Source of the DNA: Balanoglossus misakiensis
Taxonomy: Eukaryota; Animalia; Hemichordata
Assembly: GCA_040954595.2 (NCBI GenBank)
Contig: CM082586.2
Coordinates: 991,630-1,055,629, forward strand
Direction of reading: 5' to 3'
DNA length: 64,000 nucleotides
In this document: positions 12,817-25,006 of the stretch, in pieces
How the letters are laid out: the number at the start of each line of letters is the position of its first letter
Position numbering within the stretch: position 1 is the stretch's first letter
Notes under the pieces: model-generated
The model's database searches: none
What the model was told of the DNA's origin: nothing
The model's input: the letters and a program-made list of their open reading frames with translations, nothing else
Made by a program: the position numbers and the translations under genes

Positions 12817-14280
12817 TGTTTGTGGAAGGAGTTTCCTATAACAACTCTATTGGTCTTTGAAGTGTGTATTTATGAAGCATAATATTGGTAACCACACCTG
12901 AAGCTGTATGTCTCACCAATTTGTTTCCAGTGGTGCAGTTTCACTATTATTCATTAAATGTGTTTGCTCACCCATGCAAATTTAACCCCCCCCCCTCCCT
13001 CCCCATTACCATGGACACCTGAGATCTCTAGCCAATCACAGGCCACAACCAAGTTTCAGTTCATAAACTAAATAGTAAGTGATGTGAAACATCGGCGTGT
13101 CTTTCAACCTTATCGAACAATCGGAAGCCGTTAAACACATCTACACTTGGGTATACTTGCATATCATGGAAACAACTTATTTTACGAGATCTGAATTTTT
13201 AAGAGCGGACACGTCACATGAAAGGAAGTTATGATAATGCAAGATAAACAACTTTTAATTTAGTTGTAGGGTTCATTATTCTTAAGTCCATTAATATTTC
13301 CTGGACTTTCCATCTTTTCCAGAAATTTAACAATTTGTTTTTCATGACCATTGGCATTTGATGACGGTATACCAATTGACTAATGCAACAGTTCTATTAA
13401 TTGAAATCAAAAGACATGACAAGTGATTTCTAGTCACTCCAGGATGCCGATTGGCGCTTCCTCAAGGCTTTGAGACAATCAAGTGTTCAAAGCCCCAGCA
13501 GCCGGAAAGAAAATCGACACCTTGACCAGTCGATATCAATGTTCCTTTCATGACAGGTGTCTTTAATGTCAGCTGAAGGGCATAAATATTTTAATTGTCA
13601 GGATGTTACACCCACTCGTGGATACATTCTCTGGTGGTCATTTTGTCAATTACCACACCCCGCCCACGGTTTTGGTATCGCTTCTGTAGTGTACAACTAT
13701 ACATATTAAAATATTGATCTGTGGACACTCTTGGTTCTGACGGTCATGCATAATAGGTCATCCTGTCAGGAAATTGTGATTTCCATATTTTACCTGCTTC
13801 ATAAATGGCAAAAAGTAGAAAAGGATAGAATAGAATAGAAAATAGGCTTGTAAAGGGTGGCTGCATATGAATTCGACCAATTGCAAATGTAAGCCGAAGT
13901 AAATGGTGAAGAGCGAAAGCTAATACAGATTAATGTAAGAGTTAAGTTTGGAGAAATTTTCCTAACTGAATTTTGTGAAAGAAGAACACTGTTTATAAAC
14001 AAATAAAATGTCAAGTAATACACATTAAAATGCCTACAGCTTCTTCAAGGGATTCGGAAGTTCCATCACTTGGGAATTGTGAAATTTCCCAAGGCACCCT
14101 ACCTTTATAAAAATTATCTTTCGGGCATCACCGCCTCCACGCAACGCTGGCGTTTGATTTCCCAGGAAATGCGATATTATATCCTGCGACTTCTGATGTC
14201 ATATCAGAATCCATTTCCTATCTTCTTTACTTCATGGCAGAACAGAGCGTGAAAACATTTATGATACGCCCCAAATGTGT

Positions 14281-14357
14281 CACCTGATTATGCGGGCAGG
14301 TGCAGTGAAGGGAAGACGGCATTGAGATAAAAACAGGTAGCCACGGGACAGTCAGTT
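14281..14357 (+). promoter_or_regulatory. Core promoter of secreted peptide precursor A
   Basis: Inverted E-box pair CACCTG (14281) and CAGGTG (14297), TATA-like GATAAAA at 14326, and consensus initiator TCAGTT at 14352, ~80 nt before the ATG. Confidence 0.45.
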
Positions 14358-14434
14358 GTCAGAATCAACTTTTAGTTTGCAGAGAGTGTAGCTGGGACGC
14401 CGTGCAGAGAAGTTCTGACACACTCACACAAATT

Positions 14435-16783
14435 ATGCGATTACTTTTGAGTTGCTTAATAGTGGCAGTGACACTGACTAGTGTCTGTCCCTTCAGATGG
14501 ATGGCAAGTAAAAGAAAGGAAGATTTGTATCCATATGATAAGCTATCAGAAGCCTACAATGGGATCAGAGGTAGGAGTAAAGCATTTAGTCACATTTTCT
14601 GCCTGCATGAAACTCTGTTCCTTATCAACTGGACTGGAGAAAATAATTGATCGTCAGTACATTCCTTCTGTTCAGCTCAAAGACCTTTCATTGTAATTCC
14701 GCAACTGCGATCATTCCATCAGAGCAAATTAATATTAAAACAGGAGAAATGTTGTTTATGTGAACTGCGAAAATTACAGAATGTGCTCATATAGTCAGTC
14801 TTCAAATATTATTTGGCTAAAATGGCAGCATTTTGAAGTAGAGATTGGTAGTGTGAAATTGCTACCCTGTTCAGAAGAAAATGTAACAGAAAGTCTAATG
14901 ATAATTCAAATGTGCACCGAGAGATACTTCAGGGAAACGTAATGGAATTGGCATTTATCTGTGCAACATCTTTCTCGGGTAGTTAACAGGTTTGAACTAT
15001 AACGAGGTATTGTGCATACTGAGGGAATTCTATCAGATCGTTTATGACTCTCATATGGAAACTGTCCAGTAAATTTTGATATGTATCGTGTGTTTATAGA
15101 CCACAATAGCCATTGATCTGCAACCGTAAAATTAAAAGCATCTACGATTTGCATAAATGAAAGTTATGAGTTATGTTGTGATGCACACACATTGTTCAAA
15201 AGCCTGAATACTTGAAAAAAATATTGTATATGCATGGAGCCATTAGCCATTTCTTTTCATAAAGGAGATGTGATAGGACACAGTCCCTCCATGTACAAAC
15301 TTCTCAAAAAGTTCTTTTTGTTTGGTTTGGTTTTGGTTCTGGTTCTGGTTTGGTTTGGTTTGGTTCTGGTTTGGTTTGGTTTTGGTTTGGTTCTGGTTTG
15401 GTTTGGTATCACATATGCAGTTTGTCATTATTGTGGAGATGCTGGGCCTGAAAATTCAATGCTTGAAAACCCTAGAATATCCAATTAAATCTTCAGGCCC
15501 ACATTATTCGATTCTCCCCGTAGAGAACTTAAGTGGCAACTCGTGTCCTTGCAGGATACTAAACTAACATTGAAGTCTCACGAGGTTTCATCATGATCTG
15601 TTGTGGAGAGATATGATGGTGATAACATTTATTGCGTTCCCACTGCAGATCAGGAGAATTTCTCTGAAGATCGATCAGTCAGGGACCAGGATAAACGGAG
15701 ATACAATGACAACATCCGATCTCTCATACTACAGCTATTCAAAGGTCAGTTTTGCATTTGCAATGGAAAAGTGTAATGTTTGTTTGGGGTAGACTGCAGA
15801 CGGAAGCAAATTCCCAACGGAAAGTGAAGTGGATTATATTATGAAAATGCTACTTTCCGTTCGCGAAATAATTATCTCTATATGTGTATGTTATTGAACA
15901 TTTATAAAGAAACTTTCTAAGAATCGCGCCCTCTACATGGAACTGTTCTCCAACATGAAATAATGATTGTGAAATGGTCGGATATCATCCTGATATTTTC
16001 GATCATCAGTTTCTTCTTCTTCAAGCACAATTCTAGAGAAGTCTTAGAATACTTTCAAGAGACCTCAGTGAAGCCTGACTAGGAACAAGAATGTTATGAC
16101 GAACTGAATGGAACTTACACTTTATGTGATCACATACAGTGTATACCGAGTTATTCCATGTCTATTTTCGTGTGTTTATGTATTGTTTAGAGCTTGCTGC
16201 AGATAATGGCTTGGCGAAGACCGTTCCAGTGTCTATTTTAAGGTATGACTGTATACATAAAAGCAAATTCGCATAATTTAAGACATGAATGCGACCGCAC
16301 TATTAATGATTGATTCACGGGTTATTTGGTAACCAAGAGAGCTTGCTGAGCGGAAATAGAATCTGAAAGCTTGGTACATAATTACTATCAATCTGCATTA
16401 TTTATTTACACCTAAATAATGGACAAGATATATTCATCACGCATTTTTATCAGGGCAAAAAAAGAACCTTAAGGTACTTTACGCCTATAAAACCAAAATA
16501 GTCTTAAACATTTTATCATATTTTCCTCAAGACAACTTTATAGTATTCTATTACAAAGGGAATTAAATCCCGGTATATATAATTATAGGAACACCTTCTA
16601 AAATCTTCTTCAGAGGTTGAATTTTCTGAAACTGCTTGTGTGACTTTAGTTCCAAGGAAGGGGTATGTCAAATGTCTTTCAGACAATGATAACTCCATCA
16701 ACTTTTCTTTCAGAAAACGTAATGATGGTCTTATTCTTCTGGATGACGTCTTGCAAGATTTAGAAGCAGACATCGACCCCTGA
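14435..16783 (+). CDS. Small secreted prohormone/neuropeptide-like precursor A (~117 aa, 4 exons)
   Basis: Exons 14435-14570, 15649-15744, 16191-16242, 16714-16783 (phases 1,1,2; GT-AG). Translation: MRLLLSCLIVAVTLTSVCPFRWMASKRKEDLYPYDKLSEAYNGIRDQENFSEDRSVRDQDKRRYNDNIRSLILQLFKELAADNGLAKTVPVSILRKRNDGLILLDDVLQDLEADIDP*. It has a signal peptide, an acidic spacer and KRK/KRR/RKR convertase sites; AATAAA at 17104. Confidence 0.7.
15318..15406. repeat. (TTTGG/TTCTGG)n microsatellite in intron 1 of precursor A
   Basis: Directly visible ~90-bp run of TTTGG/GGTTCT units; it generates the spurious ORFs at 15234, 15243 and 15322. Confidence 0.95.
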
Positions 16784-19700
16784 TGTGTATACATATCGGT
16801 AACTTCCAGCAAACATGCGACATCAAAAGTATTGACCATTACAACCAGAGTTTCTGATTTAGTAAATATTCCTTTGTTGATAAAACTAGTTTTGTTTGAT
16901 GGCACTAGTTCTTCTGTATATGTAAAGTATATGGGCATCTCTGTAGATATGCCAGTGTATAAGCCTTAGGTGTGTCTAAGTTGGGTATTTATATTACGAC
17001 TCTTTTTAAATCATTCGATAAACACTTTTTGATGTGTGCAGTGCTGTTGGTGCAAGCATATACATAGCAACAAGTACTTTAAAAAACTTTGTTTTGAATC
17101 TTAAATAAATGTCAAGTAAATTGTTCTAATGCAAACAGATAATCGCATTTGTGTCATTTATACACACCCTCTACCTACATAGATAAAACAGAAGCTTTTT
17201 CGTTTGTACCATAAAGCGCCCTCTAATCAAATTGTCTGCCTCACAGTCACTTGGCCATAATGATATATATACATGTAACAAGCAATACCATACTTTTCCC
17301 CATCCTATCACACCTTTGCGCAGATAAGCTTGAATAATACTAAATATAACCTTCCTGATGTAAAGTGCAAATGTACACCGGATGACTTGTTTTGCTTGCT
17401 GATGTAACCATGAAAATTTACACAGAATCACATATGGGCATTATTAAAATTCATAGGAGAAGCACTAAGTTCAGAAGAAAAATTCAAATCGTATCTTGAC
17501 ATACAGAGCGATTAATGTCTACACTCTCTTCAAAGGTACATTCCTGGGGACAGTTCCATCAATCATTATCGACTATCTTCACTTTGATCAGGTTAACTTA
17601 CATGCACAGTATGGGCAGGGTGAAGTGGGGTTAATCTCAATCTTTTCATACATACTGATTGTGCAAACTGGCAATTGAATTCCCGCCAAGGGAATAGTGA
17701 AGAAGCGAAAACGATGTTCTTATCAGCGAAAACATTGTCGACAGGTTCTATAACCTTGGGTTATTAATAACGACCCTGATATTTACGACTTTTTGAAGTG
17801 ATGGCAAATTGATATACGGGTCAATCATTTCAAACATATGCTAGTTTCTTGTCTTTGTATAATGATGTTTGGTAAGAGACATAAATAGACTCACAAGATT
17901 TGCAAGTTTGCACAAGAATGTGTTATCTGAACACGAGTTCTTTTCAGTTCAGATCTCTCGTTGCCATAGATACATCGACTACCTAAAAGCTGCCATTGGT
18001 ACTTCTGCATATGCACCACACAATACTCGATGATTATGATAAATGTAATTTGTTGTATTACATTGTCTGGTGCATATTCCTTATGCAATACATGGTATGA
18101 TATGAGCCACAAAACTATCGAATTTCATACTTGACGAGCAATTTGGAATTTGTAGATTCGAGTATACTTCATGAGTCCGGTAGGTCCTGTAGTTGCTTAA
18201 GATATTCCGTCGATTGAATTTATGCTTGACTTATAATTTATTAGGCATAGATGTGCAATTTGCAGTCCATGACTACAGGAGTCCTTGGAGCAAGTTATGA
18301 CTCAAGAACCGGATGCTTTAAAGACCAAAGTGACGAAATCTGCCTGTTTTACGCATACACGTGTTGCTCGAGTCCTTGGGAATCTAGCCGACACAAATTG
18401 ATGCAATTACATGGGAAGCTTTGGGAATGAGGATGTGTTAATTATTCAAGAAGTCAATTATAAGTTTATGTCCGTATTCTAATTCGTGTAGGGTATATGG
18501 GCATTTCAAAAACTATTGTCATAAACCTTGTTGCTTGTGACAGAGAAAATGACTTTCCGCCATGATTTTCAATCCCTGGTTCTCGCATTAGCTCTTGTTG
18601 AGATTCAATGTCCATGTAGTGTAAACCTTTTGTTTTCCATTGAAATCTTTATCAAGTTAATCTGTTTGATTTTAGATAAAGCTGATAAAGAAGGTGGGCC
18701 TTTAATATTGAATGCTGCCCAACATTGGCTGTCGTATCCTAGTCAATTAGTTAATTGTTTGATTCCTGTACCAATAGAAATTGACGGGTTCTATTGAGAC
18801 ACAGTCATCATTATATTTGAAATCAAGAAGATGGTTACCAATGAATTGATTCCATTTATGATCATGTCACAGATGTTTACATACTACCACTTGCATTATT
18901 GGACATAGCTGAGGTACGTGTATGTCCACCTGACCACAAAGCGGGTAAGCTTGTTGCACATCATGTTTAGAGAAACATACATTATTCAACGACCGCACTA
19001 TTTTCATTTGCTTAATAAGTCAAATCTTCCATTACTCCCACGACAGTCATTAATTGCAATAGGACGATTTATGTCTTTTATTCGCAAAATTTTGCTGTGC
19101 TATAAAATACTGCACTCAGGTGTAATTTCGTCACATACCTGTCATAGAATTGAGAGAAGGGTACGAGAGCGATTGTAGATATTTGGAAAAGTTAAAGGTA
19201 AGGGATTTTCTTTTCAACTTTCTTTAACAACATCACAGGCAAATGGCACGATTCAGGTATGGAATGTATCATTCTGCATCACCCAGTTCCTCAACCACTT
19301 CCTGCCATAGAAACCGCTCTCTTTTAAACAATGCTGGGCGTTCCAGTATAATAACTTCACTTGTGCAAGTATAAAAAAGACGTGTAGAAAACATGGTGCA
19401 GTAAAATTGTCTCTGTTCATGAAATTGAAATCTGGTCGATCTTCTGAGACGAACAATCTACTTTCGATAAAGTCATACGTTTTTTTAAGCTACTTTAAAT
19501 TAATGGATAGTGTACACTTCAATAGAGAAAAATGTATTTTTGTTTAGAACAAATGTCAAGTATTGCGTCATGTGTGGCAATGCACAATGTGGTACATTCT
19601 AGGAAAAATAATACTTTATTTATTCTAATTAAGGTTACTGTAGATGTCATAGGTAGTCGGGTTTGTAAAAGTCAAAATTAGGAAATGGTGTGATTCTTAT

Positions 19701-19928
19701 CTGGTAAAAGCGCCTGCGGATAGGCGTAAGACTTTCTGTAAGAAGACACTACTCATCCATTTAGCTAATCATTTTCCGCGCAACTCCTGTAGTATCGCTG
19801 TTCTTCCATTGCTTGTCTACACCACATCATTCGCCTAGGCGTCTACAAAAGTGCCTTTCAGCTCTTCGTTCTGAAGAAAAGGGTCTGCATTTCAGTTTTT
19901 GGAAACACGAAATGTGTATGAAAGTGTT

Positions 19929-19964
19929 TATAAACTAGCAGAGAGCGATCAAGTATTTTTCAGT
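19929..19964 (+). promoter_or_regulatory. TATA box and initiator of secreted peptide precursor B
   Basis: TATAAA at 19929-19934, TCAGT initiator ~31 nt downstream (19960), and ATG at 20037 in a GCCATG context. Confidence 0.5.
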
Positions 19965-20036
19965 GTCACGTTTACTAACTTGTTCTGTTTATGGTTATAT
20001 TTAGTCAGATAAGAAGATCCTGTCCAAACCAGTGCC

Positions 20037-21915
20037 ATGTCATTTCCGTGGGACAAAAAACGAATAGGGGTGATGCTTTGTATGCTTGGTTTTCTTCTGA
20101 CCTTCACACATGCTATGATAGATACAGGAGAGAAAGATGATTATCAAGACGTGTTGAGTGAGTAGTTTCCATGAAACATTCTTATATCTCCATTAGCGTT
20201 CCGAACAATGAAATTTCTGGGTCTTACGACTGGAGTTGTTTATTAAACAAACCATGGACTGTGATGTAAATGTTAAAATGTATATTGTTTTTGTTGTTTC
20301 TTTACTTCACAGGCAACATATTTTTAAATGCATTTCGTAGAGTACAAAGATCCAGGGGACCGACAGGGAATGTGGGTGACATATTTGCAGGTAATTAAGA
20401 ATTTGAAACAGAAAATAATCTGACAAAATGCTCAATAGATTCACTTCTCAGTCATATTTGAAGGTCAATATTAAAGTAGCTGCCAACTCTTCATTATAGG
20501 TAGATCAGTGTCATCATTATAATTTTCTGAGTGACGTACATAAATGTGTTACTGACTCCACCCCAACCCCAACCGTGTTAAGTTAAAACGTTAAAATTAC
20601 ACCTATGGATACAAAATCAAGCTTACCCACTTCTGACATGCATTCTCATTACATTTGTCCTGTCGATTGACACCTCCAAGTTTATCTTACAAACACCTGG
20701 TTCGATTCATAGAATCAAATTCAAATAGTGTGTGTACAAATGATCTATCTTGATTTAATACTCCGCTAGAGATTTAAATGCAAGCCCATGTCTAAGCGAA
20801 GGGGAAGTGTGCATATTTATATGTGAACAGTGTCTCAGATGAGCAATGTCCTGGGATTAGTGTTAATTGAACAATTTACTACCTGTAGCATGATTTGCAG
20901 TCGGAACGTGTTATCGAGCTCAGTTCGAAAATTTTCTTTTTTGCGCTCTCTCGGGAAAGCACTACTAGTTACAGTGGAAATAGATTGAAACTAAAATATT
21001 TATGCCTGTGTCGCAAACTAGCACGGTGCGGCTGCAATCAAGATATACAAACATACATTATGCATGACGCTCCACTGCCTTTGTAATACAACATATAATT
21101 TAACAATTCAGTTTCTCTCATTCTTCTCTGTAATGGTGTGCATTAAATTTAGCATGGCATTATTGTGTGTAAACGTTAAAAAATGTACACACCATTACAG
21201 CCTTTGATGACAAGAAGTTTGCCCTGCACTTTACCATAGAATTTAAGTATGTACTGAGCAAGGCATTGTTGAATAGACTATTTTCCGAAATTCACGAAAC
21301 ATTTTCATGTGACACCGGACAAACGACACAACACATGGCGAATGTGTTAATCAACACTGATCTATGTGTTCCTCCTTTACATTCACAGCTCTACGGAGGA
21401 AGTATGGATATCCACCAAACCAGCCATCAGTACCACTATCAATTCTCAGGTAAACTATTCGAGTCAACATATCCCCGACGAAAAACACTTTGATCCAACA
21501 TATCTTAATCACTCAATGAATTTATCAACATGCCATTTTCTGTCGATGAAGTTCAAAAACTGATCATAAAACTAAAAGCAATAAAAGTGGCATAGATGAG
21601 TTCATTAAAAACTGCTCTTGATTCTTAAAATTATTGTTCATATTTTAATGTTTTGTTGAAGTTCAAAAACTGATTAAAAAACTAAAGGTAATAAAAGTGG
21701 CATAGATGATAACATAAATGAATTTATTAAAAACTGTTCTGATGACATTCTTAAAACTATTGTTGATCTCTTTAATGTTGTTCTGGACAGGTATTGTGTC
21801 AGGTGACTGGTGTATTGGCATTTTAATTGGCACGTTTCATTTCCGTGGATACATGAATGTTGTAACCAAAACATTCACCGCTCTGTTTTCGCTTCATTAC
21901 AGGTACGTGAGGTAG
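20037..21915 (+). CDS. Small secreted prohormone/neuropeptide-like precursor B (~87-90 aa), paralog of precursor A
   Basis: Exons 20037-20157, 20313-20390, 21389-21449 (phases 1,1,2; strong splice sites). The last exon is probably 21903-21915 (R-YVR*); alternatives are 22069-22078 (R-FR*) or unspliced read-through to TAA at 21451. Translation: MSFPWDKKRIGVMLCMLGFLLTFTHAMIDTGEKDDYQDVLSNIFLNAFRRVQRSRGPTGNVGDIFAALRRKYGYPPNQPSVPLSILR(YVR)*. It has a signal peptide, an RVQR furin-type site and a VPLSILR ending that matches VPVSILR of gene A. Confidence 0.7.
21515..21830 (+). mobile_element. Degenerate non-LTR retrotransposon (LINE) ORF2 fragment with internal tandem duplication
   Basis: Frameshifted translation resembles VDEVQKLIKKLK.NKSGID.I.NEFIKNCSDDILK.LVDLFN...TGIVSGDWCIGILI, the segment just upstream of the LINE RT domain. 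About 110 bp (gaagttcaaaaactgat...ctaaa...aataaaagtggcatagatga...ttaaaaactg) occurs twice, at ~21548 and ~21658. Confidence 0.7.
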
Positions 21916-22562
21916 CTTCAAGGAGGCGAACATCACCGTGTAGTAGAACATCCCCGCTGTTTTGATTAAACATTGCGTGCCACATCGTTCTCCAGTTGTG
22001 TATTTGAACCCAGCATCTGCATAATAAAACAGTCTATCTGACAACAAAAAAAATGATTGATCTTTCAGGTTTCGTTAATTACACAAGGCTTATCGATATT
22101 CTCGACATGGAATACTAATGCAACAGTAGCCATTGAAGGTCAACGAAAATTTTAAGTGTTATCATCTTTATATACCGGATCTTGATTACAAAACATTCTC
22201 TCGAAATAGCTGTGCCAAAAATGTGTTTAATCATTATTACCATTTCACTCTCATTTATGGGAAATCTATATTTAAATACACATGTATCTATTATCCACTT
22301 CAGTAAAAATTATGTGATGTAGTAGAACTGTTTGCATGAATCCAATGTTGTACATTTGTTCTTTCACGGGCACGCAAGAGTTACAAATTAATTTCAATAT
22401 TTTTATGGATACAAATCAAAACATGAGAAAATTAAACGTGGCAATCAAAATAAAGATATATGCATTAAATGCACGAGTCTTCTATTCTCTAAACATCTAC
22501 ATTTTCCATTAAACATTACTTCTGCCAATACCAGTTTGTGTCGATAGAGACGATTTACCAAG

Positions 22563-22606
22563 ACCACCACCACCACCACAACCACCATCATCATCATCAG
22601 CATCGT
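22563..22606. repeat. (CAC/CAT)n trinucleotide microsatellite
   Basis: accaccaccaccaccacaaccaccatcatcatcatcagcatcgtc; it explains the poly-V/M and poly-G/D ORFs at 22445 and 22509. Confidence 0.85.
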
Positions 22607-24313
22607 CACAAGGTCGATAAGACCGTAAAGGTGACACAAACTGCAAAAATAGTTCCAATGACTGACAAGGCCAAAGTAAATAGGAGAGATCATTAGCCTG
22701 CCTGTGATCTTTATCTTTAGAGTCCCAAGGAGACATCACGAAATCTAGCTAGTGTCACACGTTTCTCAGTCCTCGTAAACTCGACTTGTTAAGTGATAAT
22801 GCACCAGCTGCATGTAAATAACAGTAGCAAGAAGCCACATTTATTTCAATTATTCTGGATCCAAAAGAAAGAAATGTGTTGATATTTCAGGAGTAGTTCA
22901 TATGGTGAAACCCTTTGACCAATTGGCATTAAAGGGGACACTGCTAATAGTATACGGTTAAGGTATTGCAATCCCAGACCCTTTCACTAGGACCTATGAT
23001 CCCATCAACGCAAGGTTTTGCCAACTCAGCCGTAGCTGGCGCCATAGCAGTGAAAGTGCGGTATGTGTGAGCGACATTAAGCCAAAGTGCAAACAATCAC
23101 CTGTAGTGAGTTCTTTGTCAGCCATCTTACAGGATAACAGTGGAACGGAAGCAAGCAGTGATTGTACCACCCTTCACAGTTCACACCGCTCTCAGAAACG
23201 AGGTCATCTCACTCGCTTGATCATATTCTGTGGTTGAAATTTCATCGTGCCATTCTCGGCTTTATTGTGAGCGTAATATTTTTGATCACGTCAAGAAGAA
23301 ATACTGCTCGACCTCTTCCCGGAGGCCTACAGGTTTACATCGAGAAATACTCTTGCGTCGCCATTAATCCTCGCAACACCTACAACACGCCGGTGCCTGA
23401 TACAAAGTTGTCTTATTATACCTGTAGTTGAATTACTGGTATCATTGGTGGAGTCGAGAGATTTTGAGAAAGGACCCAAAAAATCAAGATTCTCTGGTGA
23501 GTGTGGTATGCGACTAAGAGACAAACGTTAATTGCGCAATTAAACGTGTATTGTCAAGTTTTATTGTTGCACAAAAGCCTGGTAGTAATCCGATTAACTG
23601 TTAGGAAACTTGATCTAGGATTAAGCAAATCAAAAATTGTTCACAAATTTTTTCTAAAGGTATACATACAAAAATAAGGTGGATAATAGATATGGGGAAG
23701 TATGTGAAAATTTAAAATAGGAGGGCATATTTCCCTACATTTGGCGCTTCATTGGAATTAGGGCCGGCAAGAGAGATTAATTCTGGAAGGTCACGAGGGA
23801 ATGGTTTCTCCAGATTGTATTTTGACTGCCGGTTTATTACTTAAACCGCATGAAAGTGTTTGAGCAGTTAAGCTATATTTAAATATTGGTGGAAATTTCA
23901 GCCATTTCACTACGATGTTCATTTCAGAAAAATAATCAAACGAATCGTAAACTGGTCACGAATCCCATGGGAAAGGTGACCCCGAAGTGACCTGCTCTGA
24001 GGTAAACAATGATCTCACTCTTGGGTGTATCCCCAAGGAGCACAAAAGAGCATGCGTCATTCTTTATGTGTTGACAACTTCGCGATTGTGTTTGCTCATT
24101 TGCATCAGAAAGGGATCGATGACCACGGCTACTCCCAGTCTCAAAGTTGACACAGCGCCGCCAAATTGAATACAAAAAGTAAACGAACACGCCTTGGTGT
24201 GTTCATTCTACTGTTCTGCCAAGCAAGATGTGTAAACCTTCTATAGTATGGCAACCTAATAAATTTACGCTCCTGCGTCGTGTGATAGTGACCAGTCCTC
24301 GATCAGGTCAGAT

Positions 24314-24341
24314 CATGGACGTACTAGTATGTACGTCCATG
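24314..24341. repeat. Perfect 11-bp inverted repeat (hairpin mini-element)
   Basis: CATGGACGTAC-tagtat-GTACGTCCATG, flanked on both sides by TCAGGTCA direct repeats. Confidence 0.75.
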
Positions 24342-25006
24342 GTCAGGTCATGGCGGTAACCTCCACTGTCAGATCAGTGTCACTGGCAAGCTTTATTTTC
24401 CAGTTATGTATCATATTGTATGTTGTGTAATCACATGCGCTGCAGGCACGACAGTACACTGACTTTTGTGCTGGGAAAACGCAAAGCCACAACTTTGAGT
24501 GCTGAGACACCAAAACATCACTGTAGTGTTGATGACGCTACGCTAAGCGATGAACAAAAAAATCCCATACACATGCAGATTCAATCCAATTGTAGCCATG
24601 AGTGCCTTTTGTCGATTCATTCACAACACACAGAGCACAGCCTTCAAGAAATGGATTTGCGTATAACTAGCCCCATCTCGTGTTCAGTGTCACTCTAACC
24701 TTCGTATTTCAAGTCACGGGTGAACAGGGTTATATTGAAGAAATTACATGTACATCACATTAGTTTTGCAAATATTCCAGTGATGGAAATAAATAACTTT
24801 AAAAGTTTTAAACTATTGAACTAATATTACTGATAATTACAATTTTATTAAGTCATTTCACAATCTTTATAATATTTTTGTTGATTCTTATTTTTTAAAG
24901 AAAGCCCATCCGGAGCTGTAGAATCCCTCAACTGGTTGTTTGATGTACACCTGTTGGCATTTCTGGCTGTTTAATTTGAAGTTCATTGGTATACGAGACG
25001 TCATCG

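Noticed and set aside
15234-15567. ORFs with WFGLV / NQNQTKP repeats
   Set aside because: Artefacts of the (TTTGG)n microsatellite.
16589-16713. Alternative last-exon acceptor for precursor A (giving SILRNTF*, or a Cys-pair ORF in another frame)
   Set aside because: Weak polypyrimidine tract. The acceptor at 16713 is much stronger and yields the RKR cleavage site in the correct phase.
16516-16938. 140-aa minus-strand ORF
   Set aside because: Antisense to the last intron, exon and UTR of precursor A; no recognisable motifs or splice context.
22069-22118. Splicing precursor B exon 2 directly to 22069 gives GDIFAGFVNYTRLIDILDMEY*, containing a VIP-like NYTRL word
   Set aside because: It requires skipping exon 21389-21449, which is supported by homology to paralog A. 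There is no N-terminal HSD motif, so a 5-residue match is probably chance.
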